Source: an uncultured Candidatus Bathyarchaeia archaeon
Lineage (GTDB): Archaea; Thermoproteota; Bathyarchaeia; Bathyarchaeales; Bathycorpusculaceae
Assembly: GCA_964506435.1 (NCBI GenBank)
Contig: CAZDLK010000002.1
Location: 16,384-80,383 of the forward strand
Length of the DNA stretch: 64,000 nt
Reading direction: 5' to 3'
Shown here: piece by piece, positions 10,100 through 19,416 of the stretch
Layout: every line of letters starts with the position of its first letter
Numbering within the stretch: the stretch's first letter is position 1
Notes under the pieces: model-generated
The model's database searches: none
The model's input: the letters and a program-made list of their open reading frames with translations, nothing else
Told to the model about the DNA's origin: nothing
Program-made: the position numbers and the translations under genes

Positions 10100-10423
10100 T
10101 TAGGTGCCGCTTTTCACGTATTGAATCAGCAAATCTCCCGCTTCTTTGCTTTCTCTTGCGTTCATCACTATCAATACATTCTTCAAGCGCTCGCAAGTTT
10201 CTGCATCAATTGACTTTTCTTCAAAAAGCTTGTCTATCTTCGCTATCTCCCTCTTCATGGATTCCTTCTGCTTCGCTTTTTCTTTAATGTACGCTTGCAC
10301 GAGTTTCTTGGTTTTTTTCTTCGCAATTTCTTCCCTATTGGCATAATAGTAAACTGCCGCGACTAAACCAACCACCATTATTCCTAAAGGAAGGACTAAG
10401 AAATAGAAATTGGAGATGTCCAT
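10100..10423 (-). CDS. Small membrane-anchored coiled-coil protein, function unknown
   Basis: One N-terminal TM (FYFLVLPLGIMVVGLVAAVYYY) then a K/E-rich helix. GGTGAGGG 5 nt upstream of the ATG and a TATA-like tctatattttaaag about 65 nt upstream. Confidence 0.45.
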   Translation of the reverse strand: MDISNFYFLVLPLGIMVVGLVAAVYYYANREEIAKKKTKKLVQAYIKEKAKQKESMKREIAKIDKLFEEKSIDAETCERLKNVLIVMNARESKEAGDLLIQYVKSGT

Positions 10424-10703
10424 TGTTCCCTCACCATTTTATGCCAATTCGTGAACTTTACTTGTGGACAGCTTACTAAACTTTGCGACTTTAAAATATA
10501 GAATAGCCATAAGCAAGTAAGCCGTCGTGGTTTGCCACTAATATCTCAGAGAGGCATCTTTCTCTCCATAGTTCACAGGAAAACGCTGAAAAGCGTTACG
10601 GTTCCGAATGTTAGCCTTTTAGGCATAATGTTTTTTACGTGCAGTGCTTCAGCAAATATATGGAGTGTAAAGACTCAAGCCAAAAAGCGGCGTGGGGTAG
10701 CAG

Positions 10704-10913
10704 TTGAGACTCGATTATGCCATAATAGGGCTTTCAATCATTTTCTTAGCAGGATCCATGTACCTTGCAGGATTATCATTGCAGATGGCAGACGTGCCCG
10801 CCAGAGTTGAAACTGTCCAGTACGCCACGTACCTGTTCGTCGCAAGCATCGCGCTCCTCATTTTCATGGGGATTGTTGCGTTAATCAAGAAGACAGCGCT
10901 AAAATCCGAGTAA
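10704..10913 (+). CDS. Small two-TM membrane protein, function unknown
   Basis: ORF track. Two hydrophobic segments, TTG start. Weak support. Confidence 0.3.
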   Translation: MRLDYAIIGLSIIFLAGSMYLAGLSLQMADVPARVETVQYATYLFVASIALLIFMGIVALIKKTALKSE

Positions 10914-11042
10914 CAACGCAAAATCGTCTCAGTAACTGTAAAAATGGCCCAGCCGTCTTCGCGGCGTAACTAGAAAAAGAGAAAATTCTTTATTAGACAA
11001 ATAGATAAAAGCAAATGATGCTTTCATTATGAGGGACGACAA

Positions 11043-11129
11043 GCTTTGAAACTGGAAAAAACCCTATTGGCGCATTGCTGTTTCAAAGCAGGGCTCAAGC
11101 GTTTTCGCAAGAGTTTTGAGTTTCAAAGC
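11043..11129 (+). promoter_or_regulatory. Three copies of a 10-nt box (GCTTTGAAAC inverted at 11043-11052; GTTTCAAAGC at 11080-11089 and 11120-11129) upstream of the 11159 operon
   Basis: Read directly. The last box ends 29 nt before the GTG start. Confidence 0.35.
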
Positions 11130-11158
11130 AATCGTATCTATGGCGTGGAGATGATGAA

Positions 11159-12757
11159 GTGACAGAGAAAATTTTGGTCTTACCCTTCATCGTCGAAGCA
11201 CAAGACGGCAAAGAAAGCGTAAGCTATCCTGCCGAGTTAGCAAGCGTCACATGCTTAACGGAGTTTCAAAGGAAAAAAACGGGTCTTTTAAGAGGCGAAG
11301 CGGAAAAAGCCTCGTTTTTATCTAAGCTGTATTACCCACTATGGGCTGTCCCGCTTGAGAAATCATGTGTGATTATAGATGGTTTAGCCTCTTCATCTTA
11401 CAATCTTACTTTCAAAGAGCCCTCGAACATAGAATTTTTTGTTGACGATTTAAAGAAGAACTCGGTGTTTCCTCAGGAATTCACGACTGCACTGAGCAGA
11501 CAAGCGAAAAACGCTGAAAAATTCACTTCAACAGTTGATCTGACGTTTAAGGCTTTAATCACAAACAAAGAATTGCTAAAGTTTTTCCCCGAGTACTTTA
11601 AGAAGAGCTTAGCCTTCAGCGGCAGCAAAGCAGTTTTCTTGCCCTCGGAAATTGATGAGCGGGCAGCCACTGCCGCACAGGAGGCTGTGACGAATTGTAT
11701 AAGAAGAATCAATGCGAACGTTAAAGGTCTCCAATATGCCTTGGAAGTTCTCGATGAAGAAACAGAATTTCATGAAAACATGCTGCTAAACGATATTGAA
11801 CTGTTGAAGACAAAATGCGAAGCTGAAATTGCAGGCGTAAAGCCTGAAGTGGAAAAAAACATAAAGCAGCTAAAGTTAAAAAGAGACGCGGCTGTCGCGC
11901 ATGTTTCGAAGGACACCGATAAAAAAACGGCAGCTTTGGAGAAAAAACGTGAAAAATACTTGCAGAAGCTCCGAGGACTCGAGCAACGGAAGGAAAGCGC
12001 TCAGAAGGCGAAACGGCGGACATACACGTCAGAGAAATACGACCGAGAAATCAACGGCGTTAAAAAGGAAATCAAATTGCTCACCAGCATGATTGAGGCG
12101 GCCAAAACAGGAAGCGACAAAAGTATCAAAAAGATTGAGGAAGAATTCCGCAACGCCGTAGCTTTGGAAGAGGGAAAAATCAAGAAACTCAACAGCGCGT
12201 GCGAAGCTAAAGTGGACGAGAAAAAGAAACAGATTGCAAACATGGCTTCTGAAAAAGCAGCTATCGCGAAAACTTTTGCCAGCTTGATGGATGAGCAGAA
12301 GCGGGAAGCGTCAGTTTTCAAAGAGCAGACGACGACGGACTGCACACTGGAAGACCTCAACTTAATGTGTGTGCCAATTTACATAGCTGGATACGTGAAA
12401 GGCAACGAAGAAAGATACAGCATATTTTCACCTGTAACTATTTCTGAGGACATGGGCGTTCTGCAGGGACTGCGCCAAAGGTTAACTTTTGCTTCGGAAC
12501 CGCGGTTAAAACGTCTAATGCATCCAGCATCTGACGAACTACACGAGATGCTCAGTTCTGCTGTGATCAAAAAAATGCAAAACGATGAAGCCTTTAGGCA
12601 AGACACTGCAACTCTTTGCCGTGCCAACAATCTTCTGGAGCATGCAGACTTCCAGAAAACTTTCAGCGAAGGCTTGGTAGAAGCAGAGCAAAAGCGCTGG
12701 ATAACTGCTGAAGAAGCCGCGGCGGTTCTTAGCGGAATTAAGGGGGAAGAAACATGA
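11159..12757 (+). CDS. Coiled-coil protein of unknown function (532 aa): globular N- and C-domains around a K/E-rich helical core of about 190 aa
   Basis: GTG start with GGAG 8 nt upstream. The stop overlaps the next start (ATGA). No family recognised. Confidence 0.55.
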   Translation: MTEKILVLPFIVEAQDGKESVSYPAELASVTCLTEFQRKKTGLLRGEAEKASFLSKLYYPLWAVPLEKSCVIIDGLASSSYNLTFKEPSNIEFFVDDLKKNSVFPQEFTTALSRQAKNAEKFTSTVDLTFKALITNKELLKFFPEYFKKSLAFSGSKAVFLPSEIDERAATAAQEAVTNCIRRINANVKGLQYALEVLDEETEFHENMLLNDIELLKTKCEAEIAGVKPEVEKNIKQLKLKRDAAVAHVSKDTDKKTAALEKKREKYLQKLRGLEQRKESAQKAKRRTYTSEKYDREINGVKKEIKLLTSMIEAAKTGSDKSIKKIEEEFRNAVALEEGKIKKLNSACEAKVDEKKKQIANMASEKAAIAKTFASLMDEQKREASVFKEQTTTDCTLEDLNLMCVPIYIAGYVKGNEERYSIFSPVTISEDMGVLQGLRQRLTFASEPRLKRLMHPASDELHEMLSSAVIKKMQNDEAFRQDTATLCRANNLLEHADFQKTFSEGLVEAEQKRWITAEEAAAVLSGIKGEET

Positions 12758-14505
12758 GCGGCGAAGACAAAATCGTGGAAAGAAAGCTCCTCATAAAAAG
12801 AGCTTTTCCATTAACTGAGATTTTTGAAATAGGCAAACAACTGGGACTTCCATATTTCAACCAGTTTGTGAACGGCTGGGAAACAGATGCTGACACGGCA
12901 GCCTTAGAAATCGGGCAGACAATCAGCGACGCACAACTTCAAGAAATATTCAAGAAATACAAAACCCGCGATTGGAGTGTTTTCCGCGGCAAATACTACA
13001 CCGTTGGGGACGGTGTCTTAAGCTTACGAGGGTCACTGGAGAAAATTCAGGCAGCTATTGCTGAAACGGCGAAGAAATACGGCAAAGACAGCACTTCCGT
13101 GTTGAAGGCTATGGTGCAGTCGGGCGGAAACTTCGGCTTAAAAGAGTACACTGAAGCTCGGAAGCAGAAAGTTGATCCGTATCCTATTCTGGGCAAACTT
13201 GAACAGTTGAATGTTGTGGTGCCAACCTACAAGGGTGAAGAGTATTGCGAGTGGAAAATGCTTGAGGAAACGCTTCCGTTTATCCGCTCCGAGCTGGGAT
13301 TGCCCTCTGCAGAATATAAACCTGCAACTTCAACTGCCACGCCTACTGAAACGGGAGAGAAAGTGGTGGATTATTTAGAGGATGAACGCCAGAAAATCGG
13401 CGGAATGGAAGAAGAACTTAACCGATACCTGAACGACCTAATCAAAAACAGGTTAGACCAGACAATAAAATTCGGCAGAAACTTTTCCGCAGGCTACCTT
13501 GCAGATTACCTTCAGAACCTCTTTGGACAAGTGCTTTATTTTGATGGCTTCTTAAGTATTCTACAGCAGTACGCGATTTCGGATGTTGAAATCGTTAATC
13601 CTCAAGGAAAAACAGGCCTGCGCACAGGCTGGTCGTTTGCCCTGTTCGGAGAACCTGGCACGGGCAAAAGCTTTTCAACGCGCGATTTGATACTGGGCGT
13701 GCCTGATGGGAAAATTAAGCCACATGGTATTCCAGGCAGAAACCGCTATTGCGGCGGAATCACGCCAGCCCGCTTCATACGAATTGGCCAAGCTTACACG
13801 GGAAGAACATTCAATTTCATTGTGCCAGAATTTAACGATTGGTTCCGCTACGCAGGCATGGTGGATGTCTTAAAAATTGCTATGGAACGCGGCGAAATCA
13901 AGCATGAACTGCACAGGGAGATTATTGGACCTTACAGGTTTGGCTCCTATTTCAGTGTTAACTATAACACGCAGGTGATGGGCAGAGGCTACGCGGTTAC
14001 CATAGGCGACCCTAACTTTAACGCTATCGAAGACCGCATGATATGCAGGCTTCACAGATTGACGAAAGAACGGTTCGTGGAGATAGCTAAAAGCCAAATG
14101 CGGTTAGCACTGGGCGAAGTAAGTATTGACAAAGGCGCTCAGCAGATTCGCGACCATGTGGCGCTGACGTACGCTATCGAGACGGAACACCCGCTTGTTA
14201 GAGGACGCTTTTCTCAGAAGCCTGTGATGATTACGGCTGAAACATTTGAAGCCATAAGCCGAGCTAGAGAAGCGATTCTTAAGCGGATACCGGGAAGCAT
14301 GAAGTTTTCGGCACGTTTAGAAAGCAACGTGATAAAGTTTGCCTGCGCAGCGTCGCTTTTGAGCTACTTCAGCTCAGACTTGGACTATATTCCCGTAAGC
14401 GAGGACGTAGTTGAACGGGCAGTTAGGCTTTACGTGGAAGAGGCCTCAGTGCGGTCTAGAGAAGAGTTTGAACCTGAAGAAGTGCTGAAGGAGCTTTTCG
14501 GCTGA
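12754..14505 (+). CDS. AAA+ ATPase-like protein with MCM/Mg-chelatase-type core and an unknown N-domain of about 290 aa
   Basis: Walker A GEPGTGKS (13648-13671). FNFIVPEFNDW (13810-13842) sits where MCM/ChlI have hhhhDEFDK. It is followed by LKIAMERGEI, resembling the MCM HEAMEQQ segment. Confidence 0.6.
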   Translation: MSGEDKIVERKLLIKRAFPLTEIFEIGKQLGLPYFNQFVNGWETDADTAALEIGQTISDAQLQEIFKKYKTRDWSVFRGKYYTVGDGVLSLRGSLEKIQAAIAETAKKYGKDSTSVLKAMVQSGGNFGLKEYTEARKQKVDPYPILGKLEQLNVVVPTYKGEEYCEWKMLEETLPFIRSELGLPSAEYKPATSTATPTETGEKVVDYLEDERQKIGGMEEELNRYLNDLIKNRLDQTIKFGRNFSAGYLADYLQNLFGQVLYFDGFLSILQQYAISDVEIVNPQGKTGLRTGWSFALFGEPGTGKSFSTRDLILGVPDGKIKPHGIPGRNRYCGGITPARFIRIGQAYTGRTFNFIVPEFNDWFRYAGMVDVLKIAMERGEIKHELHREIIGPYRFGSYFSVNYNTQVMGRGYAVTIGDPNFNAIEDRMICRLHRLTKERFVEIAKSQMRLALGEVSIDKGAQQIRDHVALTYAIETEHPLVRGRFSQKPVMITAETFEAISRAREAILKRIPGSMKFSARLESNVIKFACAASLLSYFSSDLDYIPVSEDVVERAVRLYVEEASVRSREEFEPEEVLKELFG

Positions 14506-14506
14506 C

Positions 14507-15202
14507 CTATGCGGCTTTAACGTAGCCCTCATCTAAACGCTTTATCGTTCCTTTCGCTTCAAGACTCGCCAACAAGCTGTCAAGAGCGTCGTTGTCGATG
14601 CCGAACTGTTCGCTTGCGACATTGCGGATTTCTGCGACGCTTGTTTTCTCCAGTTTCTTGATTAACGCCATCAAGTTTAGGGCTTTTTGTCTTTCTTCCT
14701 GTGGAAGCGTCCATGCTCTTTGAAGCAGAAACAGGGTAACCATGTCTTTCTCGTTATCTTTTTTTGACAGCGTAACAAGGTAGTTTGTTGGAAGTTTCTT
14801 GCCGGTTGCCTCTTCGTACTGTTTTACTTCAAAGTTTTCACGGATTGCCGCTGGTACTTCGTCCATGCTTTTTGCGATTTCTCTGCGAACTTTGCCTTCA
14901 CTGTCTACATGTGTGAGGGAGATTACGTCATAAAATAAGTCATCGCTGATGATGCTTTTTTGGAAAAGCATCGTGTTGCCTTCCAGTTGAGAGAACACTA
15001 TTCCAGGAGGGCATTTTATGGCTTTGACCATGCTTTTGCTGTTTTCCTTGTCGAAGCAGACTTTGAAGAGCCATTTGCCAGTGCGGAGGTCGTCAACTTT
15101 GTAGAAGCGGACTTCGCCGACCCGTAGTTGCCTTAAACTCAGGTCAAACCATGCGTCTTCTGGTCTGTCCTCAACTAACGAGATTTTCATGTTTTTCAAC
15201 AA
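14507..15202 (-). CDS. Hypothetical protein with a possible C-terminal winged-helix domain
   Basis: 231 aa. The C-terminus KKLEKTSVAEIRNVASEQFGIDNDALDSLLASLEAKGTIKRL looks wHTH-like. Convergent with the AAA+ gene (stops 1 nt apart). Confidence 0.45.
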   Translation of the reverse strand: MLKNMKISLVEDRPEDAWFDLSLRQLRVGEVRFYKVDDLRTGKWLFKVCFDKENSKSMVKAIKCPPGIVFSQLEGNTMLFQKSIISDDLFYDVISLTHVDSEGKVRREIAKSMDEVPAAIRENFEVKQYEEATGKKLPTNYLVTLSKKDNEKDMVTLFLLQRAWTLPQEERQKALNLMALIKKLEKTSVAEIRNVASEQFGIDNDALDSLLASLEAKGTIKRLDEGYVKAA

Positions 15203-15366
15203 TTACCAACTCTCCATGCGCTGAACTATGCTATCTTACTCTATAATACGTTTTTGTAGCAGCCTTTTGATGGCTGAGTTTTAGGGCATAAACTCGCGGT
15301 TAGTTCTTATCGCTACAATTGGAAAACACGGAGAATAAAGAAAAGGTTATGCGTTTACTCGCTGGA

Positions 15367-15615
15367 TTAGTCTTCGACGGCTTGTTCAAAACCTGCGAGT
15401 TTTATTGTGCTTCCGCAAGTCCCGCACATTACGACAAGTTCTACGACTTCGTCGTTGACTATTTTTGTGTCAACGATTTTGTAAGTTTCTTCACTTTCGT
15501 CTTCTGGAGATATCATGGTTCCGCATTTTGGGCATGGGAACGCTCCATCGCCTTCAATCGTCGTTAAGTCTATCGTAAAGGCATCGCTTTTCTTGATTAC
15601 GGCTTTTTTCATCAT
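15367..15615 (-). CDS. Small zinc-ribbon protein
   Basis: CPKCG ... CGTCG pairs. Start placed at MMKK, preceded by AAGGAAGTGAAAGGA. The track ORF extends to 15648. Confidence 0.5.
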   Translation of the reverse strand: MMKKAVIKKSDAFTIDLTTIEGDGAFPCPKCGTMISPEDESEETYKIVDTKIVNDEVVELVVMCGTCGSTIKLAGFEQAVED

Positions 15616-15726
15616 TCCTTTCACTTCCTTTCGTTGGTTTTCATGCATCGCTATTACTAATTAACAATTATGAATTCACAATCAGTAAACACCGTGTATT
15701 CAACATTTGCGCTTAACAGTTTCTGT

Positions 15727-17610
15727 TCACTCCTCGAAACTCTCGGGTGGAACATAGTCGCCAAAGCGTTTTCCAGCTTCAAGCAAACGCTCACGCTGCA
15801 TATACAGTATGCCGAAAAGCTCTAGCGGCGTGTCCGAAACGTTCTCCTGATAGAACCGCTGCACGCGTTCAATTTTCGCCAAGTTCTCAGGAACGCGGAT
15901 AGCGAATTGCTTGTCATAATCCTCTTTGCTGTAGGCTTTGTTCAGCACTTGTTTGAAGAGCTTCCGCAAATCCTCGTACTTAGGGAGGTAACCAGTGGGC
16001 GACTTTATCGCGTCAACTTCGTTGTTCACGCGCAACTCCATCCACTTTATCCAAACATGCTTGTCTTGGATATCGTTCAAGAATTTCCCGTTGCCTACTT
16101 CCCGCAGGAAATAGTTAACACCGAAGACAACTGGCGCTTTCTCCAGTTTCTTCCCGAACTCCAAGTTGTTGCTTATGTTCTGACCGAAGGGAATGGAGAT
16201 GAAGTCCTGAATGCTCATCATGTTAATCTCTGGCACGCCTTCCTCGCCGACGATGGCGAAAGTGGTTTCAGTCTCCAACGATGCCCCGTAGGCGATTATG
16301 CCGTGTTCCCAGCTGAAACTCTGCTGGACAGGCACGTAAGCCTTGGCGTCGCGACCGCCATACATTATGCCCGCTAACTCTACTCCCTGCGGGTTATCCA
16401 GTTCAGGGTCGCAGTTCTCCAGTGCTTTGAGGGCTACAGCGTAACGGGCGTTCTTGTGGGCGGGCGGAATGGCTTCGTTGTTCTCATCCACTTTGCCCTC
16501 CCACCATTCACCAGAAAAGTTGACGCCGTCTTTGGGAAGTTCAGAGCCCATGCCGAGCCAATAGGGCTTGCCGTCCTTGATCAGAACGTTTGAGAATATG
16601 ATCTCGTTAGGGGTGTTAAGCACTTTGAAGATTAAAGCGTCATCTTTAGGGTTGACATCCTGAATAATGCCGAATATGCCTGATTCAACATTAACTGCTC
16701 GGGCAACTGAGCCAATGTTGCGGATGTAAGCGATATCATCGCCCAATATAGTTTCCCCCGGAAGCATGGCAGTTGAGGTTTTGCCGCACGCACTTGGGAA
16801 AGCACCGGCAAAGTAAGTCTTGCGACCGCCTGGACCGTGCACGCCCATAAGCAGCATGTGCTCAGCTAGCCATCCTTCGTAGTTGGCTTTGCGGATGGCG
16901 AGACGGAAAGCAAGTTTCTTGAAGCCAACGGAGTTGCCTGCGTACTGAGTGTTCACGCTGTAAATGGTGTTGTCCATGTGGTCTATGTATATGCGTTTCT
17001 TTTCGTGCTCCGCGCTGACCATGTTCTCGGTTAGCTTGCCTGCTGAATGTAAAACGCGTAAAAAGTCCTTGTCCACGCCTGCTTGCCGAAAACCATCATA
17101 GCCTGCTCGGTATAGCAGGGTTTCGGAGTGCGCTACGTACCATGAGTCGGTGCATTGGAGACCGAGAATCGTGAATATAGAGTTTGGCGGGCCAAGCGAA
17201 ACAAAGCGGACGATCATTGTACGGTCTTTCATCGAATCTCTGAGTAAACCTCTTACTTCGGACAAGCCTTCTTGACGGTCAATTTGGTTGAGCGCCTTGC
17301 TTAGGGATATTCCTTTGGGTATGAGGTATTTGGTGGCTTGGCGGTCTCTGCCTTGGTCATGCATGCCGTCAAAGTGGACGGTGTGTCCTTGGAGTTTCAT
17401 ATTGGCGTTTTCTTCGCCTGTGACTATTGCTTGTTTTCGAATGTGCGCGATGTCTTCGGCTGAGTCGCTGCAGACGAATATGCTTTTAGGGTTGCAGAGG
17501 TCGTTGGCTTTAGCTATGAACTCGTGAACTATGGGATTACTTATCGCGGATAGCTCCTCGTAGTCACTTTTGCTTAGTTTTGGTCGCAACACTTCAAGGT
17601 ACGGATTCAT
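15727..17610 (-). CDS. pckG: Phosphoenolpyruvate carboxykinase (GTP)
   Basis: 627 aa. Kinase-1a motif FPSACGKTSTAML and overall GTP-PEPCK layout. Confidence 0.9.
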   Translation of the reverse strand: MNPYLEVLRPKLSKSDYEELSAISNPIVHEFIAKANDLCNPKSIFVCSDSAEDIAHIRKQAIVTGEENANMKLQGHTVHFDGMHDQGRDRQATKYLIPKGISLSKALNQIDRQEGLSEVRGLLRDSMKDRTMIVRFVSLGPPNSIFTILGLQCTDSWYVAHSETLLYRAGYDGFRQAGVDKDFLRVLHSAGKLTENMVSAEHEKKRIYIDHMDNTIYSVNTQYAGNSVGFKKLAFRLAIRKANYEGWLAEHMLLMGVHGPGGRKTYFAGAFPSACGKTSTAMLPGETILGDDIAYIRNIGSVARAVNVESGIFGIIQDVNPKDDALIFKVLNTPNEIIFSNVLIKDGKPYWLGMGSELPKDGVNFSGEWWEGKVDENNEAIPPAHKNARYAVALKALENCDPELDNPQGVELAGIMYGGRDAKAYVPVQQSFSWEHGIIAYGASLETETTFAIVGEEGVPEINMMSIQDFISIPFGQNISNNLEFGKKLEKAPVVFGVNYFLREVGNGKFLNDIQDKHVWIKWMELRVNNEVDAIKSPTGYLPKYEDLRKLFKQVLNKAYSKEDYDKQFAIRVPENLAKIERVQRFYQENVSDTPLELFGILYMQRERLLEAGKRFGDYVPPESFEE

Positions 17611-17734
17611 TTTTTATTCACTCATTAAACTTGGACATTTCAGATATTCATTTGAATACTTTCATGAAAGGATGCGTTGACATTATAACGCGTATTCCTC
17701 TGTCTGAATTGCATAGGTAAATGATAAACTTTGC

Positions 17735-17770
17735 GCAAAAAAAGAGAACAAGGGGACAATACTGTTCTCT
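17735..17770 (-). terminator. Hairpin plus T-run terminator-like structure after the AsnA-like gene
   Basis: On the minus strand: AGAGAACA-12 nt loop-TGTTCTCT followed by T7-8. It starts 7 nt after the TAA at 17777-17779. Confidence 0.5.
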
Positions 17771-17776
17771 GTGCGG

Positions 17777-18763
17777 TTACAGCTCGTTTACTGTGCCGGG
17801 AACCCTTGGGAACGGTTGTGTTTCAGCGATGTGCTTTGCACCTGTTAGCCAGCCAACGATGCGTTCCATGCCGATTCCTCCCCCTGCACACGGCTTAAGC
17901 CTGCCCTCTTTCGCCAACTTCAACACCAGCGCATAGTTGTCTTTGTTGATTTTGTCGCGGTCTATTTTTTTGAGTATTTTGTCGTATTCCCATTCTCTTT
18001 TGGCGCCTGACAGCACTTCTCCGTATTGTGGCAGGAACAGGTCGTAGTTGTCCCATCTGCCAGACTCGAAGTCTTCGTAATCGTAGAATTCTCGGGGTAT
18101 GTTGGTGACCCACACTGGAGCGCCGTTTGCCATGGCTACGCCGGTTTCCCAGTCTGCGCCGTATTCTTTTTCCAAGTCTTGCTTATCGCAGATTTTGAAA
18201 GGTTTCTGTGGAACTTTCAGAGTGTCATATCTGCCTAAGCAGGTTAGTTCGCTTTTCATGTCGCGTTTCACGCTGGCGACTAGATGGCATACGGCGTCGT
18301 CTACAAGTGACATTATGTCTTTTGATGTGGCGTTTCTTGCTTCAAAATCTAACTGTGTGAACTCGTAAATGTGTTTGCCTGTGCATGCGCGTTCTGCTTT
18401 TTCTATGCGTATGTTAGGCGATAAAATGAACAGTTTCGGGTAGGCTGTTGATGAGGCGATTAGTTTGTGGATTATCATGCTTGCGGTTGTGCGGACTGTT
18501 TTGCCGTAGATGTCTACTTCGATTCGTTTTTCTATTGAGGCGCCTGGGTCAGGCCATAAGGGGTCGGTTGATTGGGAAAGTGCTACTGGAAGTAGCCATT
18601 GGAAATTGTTATCCAAGAATTTGCTTGTTAGGTTTCGTAAAGTGTAGGTCATTACCTTGCCTATGCAGGTTTTTCTTTCGATTTCGCTTTCTGAGAGCGC
18701 TTCTAAAGGTTTAGGCGCCGCAACGGGCGCGGGTTTTTCTAGTGTAACTGTTTGTTTACTCAA
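17777..18763 (-). CDS. Class IIb aminoacyl-tRNA-synthetase catalytic-core paralog lacking an anticodon-binding domain; probably archaeal asparagine synthetase A-like
   Basis: Motif 2-like HIYEFTQLDFEA and motif 3-like AGGGIGMERIVGW. 328 aa. Divergent Lrp/AsnC regulator next door. Confidence 0.55.
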   Translation of the reverse strand: MSKQTVTLEKPAPVAAPKPLEALSESEIERKTCIGKVMTYTLRNLTSKFLDNNFQWLLPVALSQSTDPLWPDPGASIEKRIEVDIYGKTVRTTASMIIHKLIASSTAYPKLFILSPNIRIEKAERACTGKHIYEFTQLDFEARNATSKDIMSLVDDAVCHLVASVKRDMKSELTCLGRYDTLKVPQKPFKICDKQDLEKEYGADWETGVAMANGAPVWVTNIPREFYDYEDFESGRWDNYDLFLPQYGEVLSGAKREWEYDKILKKIDRDKINKDNYALVLKLAKEGRLKPCAGGGIGMERIVGWLTGAKHIAETQPFPRVPGTVNEL

Positions 18764-18821
18764 GGGATTTTGCCTCTCGGTTGTGTTTTATTGCAGAAAC
18801 AAGCATACATGGAGGTTAATA

Positions 18822-18873
18822 AATTTTTTATAAAAAATTCCGTAGTTTTTACGAAAACTATAGGTTTTTATAC
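18822..18873. promoter_or_regulatory. Divergent promoter region: perfect 18-nt palindrome AATTTTTTATAAAAAATT (18822-18839), inverted repeat TAGTTTT-tacg-AAAACTA (18843-18860), TATA-like GGTTTTTATAC (18863-18873)
   Basis: Read directly between the AsnA-like and Lrp/AsnC genes. Confidence 0.45.
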
Positions 18874-18897
18874 TGAATGCCCGTAATAATTACAATT

Positions 18898-19401
18898 ATG
18901 TCAGTTAAACTTGACGAGAAGGACGCAGCGATACTGGCGCTGATACAGGAAAACAGCAACCTCACAGCCAAGCAAGTTGCCAAGAAAGTCAACGCGCCAA
19001 TAACCACTGTTTTCGCGAAGATAAAACGCATGGAAGAATTAGGCCTAATAAAAGAGTACAGGGCAATTGTAGCCCCTGAAAAGCTCGGTTTAGGCACCGC
19101 AGCGTTTATTCTGGCTTCTGTTTCTTACAGAGCAAAAGCAGATGAAGCGCCGACTTCTCAGCGGACGGTGGCGGAAGAAATCAGCAAGTTACCCGAAGTG
19201 CAAGAAGTGCACATCATCACTGGAGACTGGGATTTGCTGATAAAGCTCAGGGCGGAGAATGTGGATGCAATTGGAAAGTTTGTTGTTGACAAACTGCGGC
19301 TTATCAATGGGCTCGAGAAGACGCTTACGTGCATGGTTTTCGAAACCGTGAAGGAAACTACAAAGATAGCTTTGCCTATTAAGAAAATGGGAAAACCGTG
19401 A
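18898..19401 (+). CDS. Lrp/AsnC-family transcriptional regulator
   Basis: HTH DEKDAAILALIQENSNLTAKQVAKKVNAPITTVFAKIKRMEELGLI plus a C-terminal RAM-like domain. I prefer the ATG at 18898, about 25 nt after the TATA (leaderless), over the track start at 18877. Confidence 0.8.
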   Translation: MSVKLDEKDAAILALIQENSNLTAKQVAKKVNAPITTVFAKIKRMEELGLIKEYRAIVAPEKLGLGTAAFILASVSYRAKADEAPTSQRTVAEEISKLPEVQEVHIITGDWDLLIKLRAENVDAIGKFVVDKLRLINGLEKTLTCMVFETVKETTKIALPIKKMGKP

Positions 19402-19416
19402 AGTGTAAACTGCGTT

